From Bryobacterales bacterium (GTDB lineage: Bacteria; Acidobacteriota; Terriglobia; Bryobacterales; UBA6623), in contig OZ243965.1 of assembly GCA_965214655.1 (NCBI GenBank), positions 1,669,716 to 1,733,715 on the forward strand: 64,000 nt of DNA, in the 5' to 3' direction. The notes under the pieces are model-generated. The model saw only the letters and a program-made list of their open reading frames with translations. It did no database searches and had not been told where the DNA came from. Made by a program: the position numbers and the translations under genes. Positions 1 to 7,953 of this stretch are shown here, piece by piece; position 1 is the first letter of the stretch; every line of letters starts with the position of its first letter.

Positions 1-172
1 TCCCGGAATCAGGCTGCCCCCCACGGCCCGGCCGATCGGCAAGATCGAGCGCAAGCCCAAGCTTCTGATCCCCCGGCACGGCGCCCCGGGCGAAGCGGCC
101 CACGAACCCCCGATCCGCACCAAAACGACGCCCCCGCCGCCGAAAGACTACGTCCGCCCCGACAATTGGTAG
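1..172 (+). CDS. 3' end of an unidentified CDS entering from upstream of the window (partial)
   Basis: The frame beginning at nt 2 is open to TAG at 170-172. Third codon positions are almost all G/C, as in the clear genes here. Pro/Lys-rich tail ...KDYVRPDNW. No start in the window, so it is absent from the ORF track. Confidence 0.3.
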   Translation, partial: PGIRLPPTARPIGKIERKPKLLIPRHGAPGEAAHEPPIRTKTTPPPPKDYVRPDNW

Positions 173-221
173 CGGACAAAAACCCCGGAGGGTGAAACCC
201 GAGCGATGCGGCGGCCGGCGC

Positions 222-617
222 TTACTTCCGTTCCGGCTGCGCGGGCTTTTTGAACTTTTCCATAAGCTCCTTCCTGATGGCTTCTCTCATCGCTTCCTTT
301 TCGGATTCTTCGATTGTGTAACCGAGAGCTTCCTTCAGCATATCGTAGATACGGGTTTGACGTTCAATAATGCTCAAGGAAAGATCGCACATCTCCAAAG
401 AGTTCTTGTAGTTCTGAATCGAGAGGTTATCAGTCGCACGGTCAGCAGGTGAACGGTACATGAATTCCGTCACCATCAACTTCAATCCCTCGCTCCGGAC
501 GAGATCTTGACAGGCATTGACGACAGGGAACGCTGCATCCATCTCCTTGTGAACGACTTGCGAAGACACTACTTGCGCAAAAGCAAGGGCTGCAACGATC
601 TTCATTAAATTTCTCAT
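222..617 (-). CDS. hypothetical small secreted protein (signal peptide plus Glu/Lys-rich helical region)
   Basis: 131-aa ORF with a signal-peptide-like N-terminus, MRNLMKIVAALAFAQVVSSQ. No family recognised. Lies in a ~0.4 kb stretch visibly AT-richer than its flanks, 29 nt downstream of the PBP1A stop on the same strand. Confidence 0.5.
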   Translation of the reverse strand: MRNLMKIVAALAFAQVVSSQVVHKEMDAAFPVVNACQDLVRSEGLKLMVTEFMYRSPADRATDNLSIQNYKNSLEMCDLSLSIIERQTRIYDMLKEALGYTIEESEKEAMREAIRKELMEKFKKPAQPERK

Positions 618-646
618 TTCAGTTAGCTTAATCTGAGCTTATTATT

Positions 647-3250
647 TTACCTTTTCTTGCCGCCTTGGAAAGCTCCGATAACGCGGCCGAAGAAGCCGCT
701 TTTTTTCTTCTTCTTGCCTTCGTCCGCTTCGGCGTCGTTCTCGTCGTTCTCGGCGTTCTCATCCTCGGCAGTGACCGCCCAGCCGGCGACGCTGGTCGAC
801 ACGCCGCCGACGTTCCCGGCCATGAATGCCGTCGGCTGCGAACCGGCAATGTAGATTTCGTTCATGCAGCCGTCGCACGAGTGCGTGGCCAGCGCCTGCA
901 ACTTCGGGTCCACGGCGACGCTGATGACTCCCTCGGGCATGGCGAACGGTTCGGGATCGGCGTATTCCGGCAACTCGTGCGCCTGTTTCATGAAGCGCGC
1001 CCAGATGGGCAGCGCCGAGTGCGCCCCCTCGATGGCCAAATCGGTGTTGTCGTCGAAACCGACCCAGACCACGCAGAGCAAATTGTTGGTAAACCCGGCG
1101 AACCAGCCGTCATCGTCCGTGCCGGTCTTGCCCGCCGCCGGAACCGTCAACTCGTAGGTCAACCGCGCGCGAATGCCCGTACCCCGCCGGATCACGTCCT
1201 CGAGGATGTTGGTCGTGATGTAGGCCACGCGGGGGTCCATGACTTCGCGGTCTTCGTGCTGCGCCCGCAGCAGACGCTCGCTGCCGCTGTTGCGCACCAG
1301 CTTGACGAAGTGCGGCTCCTTGCGGATTCCGCCGTTCACGAAGCTCGTATACGCCCCGGCGATCTCCAGGGGAGTCGCTTCGTAAGCTCCCAGCACCAGC
1401 GACGGCATGGCTTCCAAATTCTCGCCCATGCCGGCGCGGGCAGCCATGTCCGCAACGCGTTGGAAACCGGCCATCTCGCCGACCTTCACCGTGGCGATAT
1501 TGATCGAACGCATCAGCGCGTAGCGCAGCGTGATCAGGCCGTGAATCTTGTTGCCGTGGTTGGAGGGCTCGTAGGGCTTGCCGTCGAACCAGAACGTCGT
1601 GGGCACGTCGTCCACCAGCGTGCCGGCGGTCAGAGGCTCCGGCGACGGCTCGTAGAAGAAGGTCCGCGCATATTCGGGCATCTGCTCTTCGTAGCCCTGC
1701 TCGATCAGCAACGCGCGCTCTTCGTCGAGCGCGCTGTCGATCGCCGCCGCGTAGACGAACGGTTTGAAAACCGATCCCGGCTGGCGCTTGGCCAGCACGC
1801 GGTTCAACTGCGATCTGCCGTAGTCGCGGCCGCCAACGATCGCCTTGACTTCGCCCGTTTTGGGGTCCAAGGCCACCAGGGCGGCTTGCGCTCGCGGCGG
1901 CTCTTCGACCCCGCGGAAGCGCCTCTGCCGGGCGACGATCTTGTCCACGTCCTCCATCCCGGCGCGCAGCGCTTCGACGGCTATGTTCTGCAAGCGCTTA
2001 TCGAGCGTCGTGTAGACCCAATAGCCTTGCGTGATGAGCTCCTCCGCGGGAAAGTGCTCGCGCAGGTTCTTGTTGACCAGGTCCACGTAGTACGGCGCAT
2101 CGCGCACCTCCAGGTGCCCGCGCAGCACCCGAATCTCCTGCTGCGCCGCGGCTGCGTGGGTCGCCTGGTCGATATAGCCCTCGCGCAGCATCGCCGCCAG
2201 AACCTGATTGCGCCGATGTTTGGCCCGCTCGGGATAGCGGTAAGGATTCAGATAGCTCGGCCCTTGGGGCAAGCCCGCCAGCAGCGCCGCTTCGGCCAAA
2301 GTGACATCGCGCACGTCCTTATCGAAGTAGAGGCGCGCCGCCTCGCCCAAGCCGTTTACGTTGAAGCTGCCGTTGCGGCCCATGAAAATCTGATTCGAGT
2401 AGTACTCGAATATCTTTTCCTTGCTGAGGCGGGACTCCAGTTGGAAAGCGATCATCGCCTCTTCCGCCTTGCGGCGGTATGGCCACTCATCCCGGGTCAG
2501 GAAAAAGTTCCGCGCCAGTTGCTGCGTCAGCGTCGACGTGCCGCGCGGCCGACGCCATTCTCGGATGCCCTCGATCGCCGCCCCGATCGTGCGGATCACG
2601 TCCAGGCCGTGGTGCGAATAAAAACGGTGGTCTTCAATGGCGATGACGGCGTCGACGAGATGCTGCGGGTAGTCCTCGAAACGGAACAACCGCCGCTTGG
2701 TGCGCTCGTCGTCGAACAGATTCGTAATCAACTCCGGCTCGAGATCGTAAGCTTCCAGTTCTTTGTCCGCATTGAGCGCGCGGATGCCGACCACCTTGCC
2801 GTCCACGAAATCGATGGCCGCCGGCTCGCGGGCGAAATACGACAAATTTCCCGGATAGATTTCGACCGCCGTGCCGCTCATGCGATACCAGCCGAGCGCA
2901 TTGTCCTTGGACTGCGTATATCCGGCCGCGCGCAGGCCTTTGGCGACATCGAGCGGCGTGAGCTCATCGCCGACGTACACGGGGCTGGGCGCCGCAAGAA
3001 TCCGGGCCGTGCGGTTGAACGCCCCCGAAGCCATGCGTATGTCTATGATTTTTTTGAATTTCCAGTAGTAGTGATTGAAGACCGTCCCGCCGGCGACCGC
3101 CCCGATCAGGGCAAGGCCGAGCAGGACCTTGCCGGTCGGACTCGTCAGGAATCGGATCGGCCGCGCGACCCAACCCGAGATCACAATCACGCGTCCGTCT
3201 TGCCGCGGCCCTGAGGCCGCGCCGGGCTTGGCTGTTCTGCGGGTAGTCAT
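647..3250 (-). CDS. mrcA: bifunctional class A penicillin-binding protein 1A (GT51 transglycosylase + transpeptidase)
   Basis: 867 aa with an N-terminal TM anchor. GT51 motifs EDHRFYSHHGLD and RRKAEE. Transpeptidase SxxK (GSVFKPF), SxN (PSNHG) and KTG (GKTGTDDD). Acidic then poly-Lys C-terminal tail. Confidence 0.9.
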   Translation of the reverse strand: MTTRRTAKPGAASGPRQDGRVIVISGWVARPIRFLTSPTGKVLLGLALIGAVAGGTVFNHYYWKFKKIIDIRMASGAFNRTARILAAPSPVYVGDELTPLDVAKGLRAAGYTQSKDNALGWYRMSGTAVEIYPGNLSYFAREPAAIDFVDGKVVGIRALNADKELEAYDLEPELITNLFDDERTKRRLFRFEDYPQHLVDAVIAIEDHRFYSHHGLDVIRTIGAAIEGIREWRRPRGTSTLTQQLARNFFLTRDEWPYRRKAEEAMIAFQLESRLSKEKIFEYYSNQIFMGRNGSFNVNGLGEAARLYFDKDVRDVTLAEAALLAGLPQGPSYLNPYRYPERAKHRRNQVLAAMLREGYIDQATHAAAAQQEIRVLRGHLEVRDAPYYVDLVNKNLREHFPAEELITQGYWVYTTLDKRLQNIAVEALRAGMEDVDKIVARQRRFRGVEEPPRAQAALVALDPKTGEVKAIVGGRDYGRSQLNRVLAKRQPGSVFKPFVYAAAIDSALDEERALLIEQGYEEQMPEYARTFFYEPSPEPLTAGTLVDDVPTTFWFDGKPYEPSNHGNKIHGLITLRYALMRSINIATVKVGEMAGFQRVADMAARAGMGENLEAMPSLVLGAYEATPLEIAGAYTSFVNGGIRKEPHFVKLVRNSGSERLLRAQHEDREVMDPRVAYITTNILEDVIRRGTGIRARLTYELTVPAAGKTGTDDDGWFAGFTNNLLCVVWVGFDDNTDLAIEGAHSALPIWARFMKQAHELPEYADPEPFAMPEGVISVAVDPKLQALATHSCDGCMNEIYIAGSQPTAFMAGNVGGVSTSVAGWAVTAEDENAENDENDAEADEGKKKKKSGFFGRVIGAFQGGKKR

Positions 3251-3394
3251 CGACCGGTTCGTCGAGTCTTCATGGTTACGACTTTATACGCAAGCGGCGG
3301 CGCTGCGGTTACGCGCAACCGTCGACCGCTCCGCCGAATCTCCATGCATCCAAAACGTCCGCCGGCGGCGTGCGCTGCAATCGCAATCGGAAAC

Positions 3395-5134
3395 CTACCG
3401 CTGCGGAAGCTGCCGGGCCGCGCGGGGCCTGGCGGCTTCGATCCGCTTGCGCAGTTCGCCCGCAACTTCTTCAAGCTTAACGCCGACCGATTCGCCGGTC
3501 AAGCGCTCGGAGAGATCGACCGCGCCCTCGGCGATCCGCCTGCCGACCGTCACCCGGAAGGGAACGCCGATCAACTCGGCGTCTTTGAACTTGACGCCTG
3601 CTCGTTCTGCACGGTCATCGTAGAGGACGTCGACGCCTGCGTTGCGCAGCGCTGCGTAGACGGTTTCGGCCGCCTTGCGCTGGTCGTCGTTCTTTATGTT
3701 CACGGGCGTAACGACCGCTTCGAACGGCGCGATCGATACCGGCAGCGCCATGCCCCTCTCGTCGTGATTCTGCTCGATCGCTCCGGTCAGCACGCGTTCG
3801 AGCCCGATGCCGTACGAACCCATGATCGGCGTCACTTCCTTGCCGTTTTTGTCCAGCACGCGGAGTCCCAACGCCTCGGCGTATTTGCGGCCGAGCTTGA
3901 AGATGTGGCCGACCTCGATCGCCTTGCGCCGTCGTACCGGTTTGCCCGAGGCGATATCCGGGTCGCCGTCCTCAGCCTCGCGGATGTCCGCGAACCGCGC
4001 CTCGAAGTCGCGTCCGGGCGTCACGTTGCGTAAATGGTAGTCGTCCCTGTTCGCGCCGGCGATCATGTTGCGCCGGCCTGCGAGCGCCGAATCGGCGAGG
4101 ACGCGCATGTCGGCGACGCCGACCGGCCCCAGCGAGCCCGCGTCGGCCCCAAGCCATTCTCGAATCTCGTGCGGATGCGCCGGCCGCATCGCGTCCGCGC
4201 CGAGCGCCGCCTGGAGCTTGGTCTCGTTCAACGAGTGGTCCCCCCGCAGCAGCGCCATCAGAGGCTTGCCGCCGGCTACCAAAACCAACGTCTTGATGTG
4301 CGCGGTAACGGGCGAGCCGTCGAATTCCGCGACTTCCTCGATGGTCTTCCTGCCCGGGGTGGGGAACTCTTCGGGAATCCCGGCGCCCTCGAGGTCCGGC
4401 GTTTCCGGCTCCCGCACCCGCGTGACGGCCTTTTCGAGGCTCGCGCGGTACCCCGACGCCGCGCACTCGATTACCCAATCCTCGCCGGCTTCCGACGGAA
4501 CCATGAACTCGTGCGACTCGCTGCCGCCCATCGCTCCCGAGTGCGCTTCGACCGGCAGATACTCCAGGCCGCAACGGTCGAAAATCCGGCAATACGCTTC
4601 GTAATGCTTGTCGTATGCCCGATCGAGGCCGGCGTCGTCGATATCGAACGTGTACGAATCCTTCATCGTGAAGCGCCGCACCCGCATCAACCCCGACTTG
4701 GGCCGCAACTCGTCTCGAAATTTGGGCTGAATCTGGTACCAGATCTGCGGCAGTTGCTTGTAGCTGCGCAACTCGCCGCGGGCGATCCAGGTCATCACCT
4801 CTTCTTCGGTCATGCCCAGGCAGAGGGCGCGCCCCCAGCGGTCTTTGAGGCGGAAGAGGTCGTTTCCCATCACTTCCCAGCGGCCGCTCTTTTGCCACAG
4901 CTCCGCCGGATGCACCTCGGGCGTATACACCTCCTGGGCGCCGATCGCGTCCATTTCCTCGCGGACGATGCGCTCGATCTTCAACAGCGAGCGTTTGGCG
5001 AGATAGAGGTAGCAGTAGAACCCCGCCGCAAGTTGGCGCACGTAGCCGGCGCGCAGCAAAAGCCTGTGGCTGACGACTTCCGCGTCCGCGGGCGCCTCGC
5101 GCAAAGTCGGAATGAAAAGACGGCTCCAACGCAT
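3395..5134 (-). CDS. proS: proline--tRNA ligase (bacterial type)
   Basis: I place the start at ATG 5134-5132, giving MRWSRLFIPTLREAPADAEVVSHRLLLRAGY, a canonical ProRS N-terminus. Class II motif FRDELRPKSGLMRVRRFTMKD and a C-terminal anticodon-binding region. The 45 extra N-terminal codons in the ORF track are Arg/Gly-rich and unlikely to be coding. Confidence 0.92.
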   Translation of the reverse strand: MRWSRLFIPTLREAPADAEVVSHRLLLRAGYVRQLAAGFYCYLYLAKRSLLKIERIVREEMDAIGAQEVYTPEVHPAELWQKSGRWEVMGNDLFRLKDRWGRALCLGMTEEEVMTWIARGELRSYKQLPQIWYQIQPKFRDELRPKSGLMRVRRFTMKDSYTFDIDDAGLDRAYDKHYEAYCRIFDRCGLEYLPVEAHSGAMGGSESHEFMVPSEAGEDWVIECAASGYRASLEKAVTRVREPETPDLEGAGIPEEFPTPGRKTIEEVAEFDGSPVTAHIKTLVLVAGGKPLMALLRGDHSLNETKLQAALGADAMRPAHPHEIREWLGADAGSLGPVGVADMRVLADSALAGRRNMIAGANRDDYHLRNVTPGRDFEARFADIREAEDGDPDIASGKPVRRRKAIEVGHIFKLGRKYAEALGLRVLDKNGKEVTPIMGSYGIGLERVLTGAIEQNHDERGMALPVSIAPFEAVVTPVNIKNDDQRKAAETVYAALRNAGVDVLYDDRAERAGVKFKDAELIGVPFRVTVGRRIAEGAVDLSERLTGESVGVKLEEVAGELRKRIEAARPRAARQLPQR

Positions 5135-5369
5135 TGTTTTTACAGGCGCACAAGCGAAAAAACGACTATTCCGCCCATCGTAGCATCGGCCCCCGCGTAC
5201 CCGGCCGCTGCCCCGCGCGGGGCGCCGGCAATCGGCCTCCCGCTGAGAGCCGCCTCGTCTTTGCCGCACAACACTGCATGCCCGGAAAATACGACTTCGC
5301 TAGACTCCAAACAGCGATGTCCGAACCCACGCCCAGCCCGTCTGCAACGCCGGCTCGAGGAGCGCAGTC

Positions 5370-5374
5370 TCAGT
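5370..5374. repeat. target-site duplication TCAGT (left copy)
   Basis: TCAGT immediately outside the left IR. An identical pentamer lies immediately outside the right IR at 7143-7147. Confidence 0.75.
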
Positions 5375-5392
5375 CCCGGATTTCTCACCAGG
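5375..5392 (+). repeat. IS left terminal inverted repeat
   Basis: CCCGGATTTCTCACCAGG, an exact reverse complement of 7125-7142. Confidence 0.85.
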
Positions 5393-5433
5393 GGGTAGCG
5401 AAAAGCCGCTGATTGTGGCATAAACGTATGTAG

Positions 5434-6901
5434 ATGAATATGTTGCAGCCGGCAACGAACGACTTTTCGCTAGGACACAGTGTAACCAAACAAGTTTTCG
5501 TTTTGCTACCCGATTCCGCCGTGAGGCGGTAGCCCGTTTCGATGGCGGGACGATCACCAGCGAGGCCGGGGCCCTGCTGCTGCAGCGCACCGAGCAGCAG
5601 ACCGGCATCCTGCGCCAGTTTGCGCGCTGCTTTCGCGACTCCCGCCAAGCGGAGCGGATCGAGCACAGCGTGGCGGAGTTGGTGAGTCAACGGGTCTATG
5701 GGCTGGCCTTGGGCTACGAAGACCTCAACGACCATGATCGACTGCGCAGCGACCCGCTGCTGGCGCTGTTGTCGGGCAAGGGCGATGTGCAGGGCCGCCA
5801 ACGTCGGCGGCGGCGGGATCGGGGCCGGGCCGGGGCGGGCAAGAGCACGCTGAACCGACTGGAGTTGACCCCTGCTGAGCCCGCTGAGCGGGCGCGCTAC
5901 AAGAAGATCGCCCTGGACAGCGCAGCGGTCGATGCGCTGTTGGTCGCACTCTACATCCAGCGGCAGAGTTGCCGCCCGCAGCGCATCGTGCTGGATCTCG
6001 ACGCCACTGACGACCGTCTGCACGGGCAGCAGGAAGGGCGTTTTTTTCACGGCTACTACGGCGCCTACTGCTACTTGCCGTTGTACATCTTCATTGACGA
6101 GCAGTTGGTCTGCGCGCGGTTGCGGACAGCGAACCGAGACGCTGCGGCGGGGGCGCTGGAAGAGGTCGTGCGGATCGTGGGGCAGTTGCGCCGGAAATGG
6201 CCCGGGGTGGAGATTCTGCTGCGCGCCGATGCAGGCTTTTGCCGCGAGGAGTTGATGAGTTGGTGTGAGCAACAGGGGGTGGACTACGTGTTCGGACTGG
6301 CCAAGAACCAGCGCTTGTTGCGCCGCCTGCACAAGCCGTTGCAGAAGGCGCAGCGGCGCTACGCTGCCAGCGGCAAGCCGGCGCGGGCGTTCGCCGAGTT
6401 CCGTTATCGCACGCGCCACAGTTGGCGGCGCAAACGGCGTGTGGTGGGCAAGGCCGAGCGGCTGGCCAAGGGCGCCAATCCGCGCTTCCCAATCTACGCT
6501 TCGTGGTGACCTCGCTCAGCACCGCACAGTACGCCGCGCAGAGCTTGTACGAGGATCTCTACTGCGCGCGGGGCGAGATGGAGAAGCGCATCAAAGAGCA
6601 ACAGTTGGCTTTGTTCGCCGACCGCACCTCGACGGCGCTGCTGCGCTCGAACCAGATTCGTTTGTATTTTTCTGCGATCGCCTACTGTCTGTTGCAAGCG
6701 TTGCGCGAGTTGGGCTTGGCGGGCACGCAGATGGCGCGGGCGCAATGCGCGACGATCCGCGTACGGCTGCTCAAGATCGGGGCGCGGGTGCGGGTGACGG
6801 CGCGCAAGGTGTGGGTCTCGATGGCTACGGGCCATCCGGCGCAGGCGCTGTTTGCTGCGGTTTACGCCAATCTGGGAAGGCCGCCGCCGCAGGGCTGCTG
6901 A
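5434..6901 (+). pseudogene. IS1380-family DDE transposase, frame-disrupted
   Basis: Homologous sequence is spread over three frames. ATG 5434 opens a 32-codon frame (MNMLQPATNDFSLGHSVTKQ...). Frame 0 carries ...FRFATRFRREAVARFDGGTITSEAG... through 6509 and has no ATG/GTG/TTG upstream of 5670. A third frame runs from about 6489 to 6901 (NLRFVVTSLSTAQYAAQSLYEDLYCARGEMEKRIKE...). A 14-nt tandem duplication at 6475-6502 explains the second shift. Confidence 0.8.
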
Positions 6902-7124
6902 AGGGGCGCCTGGCGCCTGCGGGTTCGAAGGTCACAGCAAGCGCAGCAGCCCCGGCGGGGGCTTGGCCGGAGTGTGCGCAAAATCGGCCCCAAACCCTCC
7001 TGACGCCCCCGCCTGTAGCGCCGGACGCTACACCCAGCGTGCGCCACGGCCACTGTACTGGGCGATCCGCATCAACTGCCCCTCAAATTCGTTCCGCAAA
7101 CCGCTTCCTGCCCGCCCAGCCATG

Positions 7125-7142
7125 CCTGGTGAGAAATCCGGG
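7125..7142 (-). repeat. IS right terminal inverted repeat
   Basis: CCTGGTGAGAAATCCGGG, an exact reverse complement of 5375-5392. Confidence 0.85.
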
Positions 7143-7147
7143 TCAGT
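7143..7147. repeat. target-site duplication TCAGT (right copy)
   Basis: Identical to 5370-5374 and directly abuts the right IR. Confidence 0.75.
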
Positions 7148-7197
7148 TGCCCCTTGGCGTTCCGCTGCAAGCTCCCGGACGCGCGCCTCGGCGCACC

Positions 7198-7920
7198 GTG
7201 AAGAACGGCGCGCCGGCGAACGATCTCGTGCTGAGCGCGGCCGTGGGAATCAATGAGGATCTCTTTCCCCGCGTATTGAGCCTGTACGTAGCGCCGGGAA
7301 GCGCCGTCGCCGACGTCACTTACGGCAAGGGAGTGTTCTGGAGAAACGTTCCGCCGGACCGGTACCGCCTCTTGGCGACGGATCTAACCGGCGGCGTGGA
7401 CAGCCGCGCGCTCCCCTACAAGGACGGCGCAATCGATTGCGTCGTGTTCGATCCGCCCTATATGCACTCGCCGGGAGGAACGGCGCATCGGGGGCACAAG
7501 CCCTTCGAGCAGTACTACCGCAACAACGGCACGGGGAACCGCACGGGGGCGAAATATCACGAGGCCGTGCTGGAGCTTTACATCGAGACCGGCAAAGAGG
7601 CCCGGCGCGTGCTCCGCGACCGCGGGGTGCTGATCGTCAAATGCCAGGACGAGGTCTGCTCGAACCGGCAACGGTTCACGCATGTCGAAATCATGCAGGC
7701 ATACGAGAGCATGGGCTTCGTCGCCGAGGACCTGTTCGTGCTCGTGCGCCGCAACAGGCCCGGCGCGAGCCGGGTCGTCAAGCAAGTCCACGCCCGCAAG
7801 AATCATTCTTACTTCCTCGTGTTCTGGAAACCCGGCGCGACAGGGGACCTATGGACGCCGCCGGTTGCGGATTCACGCCGATTTGCCGATTCACGCCCCT
7901 GTCTCACCGCAGCGGCGTAG
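7198..7920 (+). CDS. DNA methyltransferase (N6-adenine or N4-cytosine type, DPPY motif), no adjacent restriction gene
   Basis: AdoMet motif-I-like VADVTYGKGVFW, followed about 40 aa later by the catalytic VVFDPPY. Conserved tail ...ARKNHSYFLVFWK. The start is uncertain. GTG 7198 is the first start codon after the IS end, but the frame is open through the IS boundary, which is why the track reports a 551-aa chimeric ORF from 6265. Confidence 0.7.
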   Translation: MKNGAPANDLVLSAAVGINEDLFPRVLSLYVAPGSAVADVTYGKGVFWRNVPPDRYRLLATDLTGGVDSRALPYKDGAIDCVVFDPPYMHSPGGTAHRGHKPFEQYYRNNGTGNRTGAKYHEAVLELYIETGKEARRVLRDRGVLIVKCQDEVCSNRQRFTHVEIMQAYESMGFVAEDLFVLVRRNRPGASRVVKQVHARKNHSYFLVFWKPGATGDLWTPPVADSRRFADSRPCLTAAA

Positions 7921-7953
7921 CCGGAGCGCCGGCGATGGCCTAAAATCGCAGCA

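Larger units (their letters stand above)
5375..7142 (+). mobile_element. IS1380-family insertion sequence (1768 bp), transposase decayed
   Basis: Perfect 18-bp terminal inverted repeats, CCCGGATTTCTCACCAGG (5375-5392) and CCTGGTGAGAAATCCGGG (7125-7142). Ends begin with CC and the direct repeat is 5 bp, as described for IS1380. The internal reading frames carry IS1380-type transposase sequence (FDGGTITSEAGALLL, LALGYEDLNDHDRLRSDP, ANPRF/VVTSL). Confidence 0.85.

Noticed and set aside
665-3214. 849-aa plus-strand ORF antisense to PBP1A. Similar giants are 26861..30862(-) at 1333 aa, 10455..12785(-), 18314..20428(+), 34971..37406(-), 35036..37054(+), 40908..43901(+), 25347..26741(-) and 37114..38454(-).
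   Set aside because: All are Arg/Ala/Gly/Pro-rich low-complexity translations lying opposite genes with unmistakable family motifs. Long stop-free antisense frames are expected in DNA of about 65 % G+C.
5134-5412. 92-aa plus-strand ORF in the proS upstream region as an independent gene.
   Set aside because: Its composition is Arg/Pro/Ala-rich and there is no family match. It runs into the IS inverted repeat. It is of interest only because its last 19 codons are in phase with the methyltransferase frame once the IS is removed.
5670-6901. Possibility that the two transposase frames reflect programmed -1/+1 ribosomal frameshifting, as in IS3 or IS1.
   Set aside because: IS1380-family transposases are single-ORF proteins. 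The shift coincides with a 14-nt tandem duplication rather than a slippery heptamer plus structure, and a second disruption removes the start. Pseudogene is the simpler reading.
6265-7920. 551-aa ORF spanning the IS right end into the methyltransferase.
   Set aside because: It is a chimeric reading frame that crosses the IS inverted repeat. The part inside the IS is out of frame with the transposase and low-complexity. Only the 3' ~240 codons carry MTase motifs.
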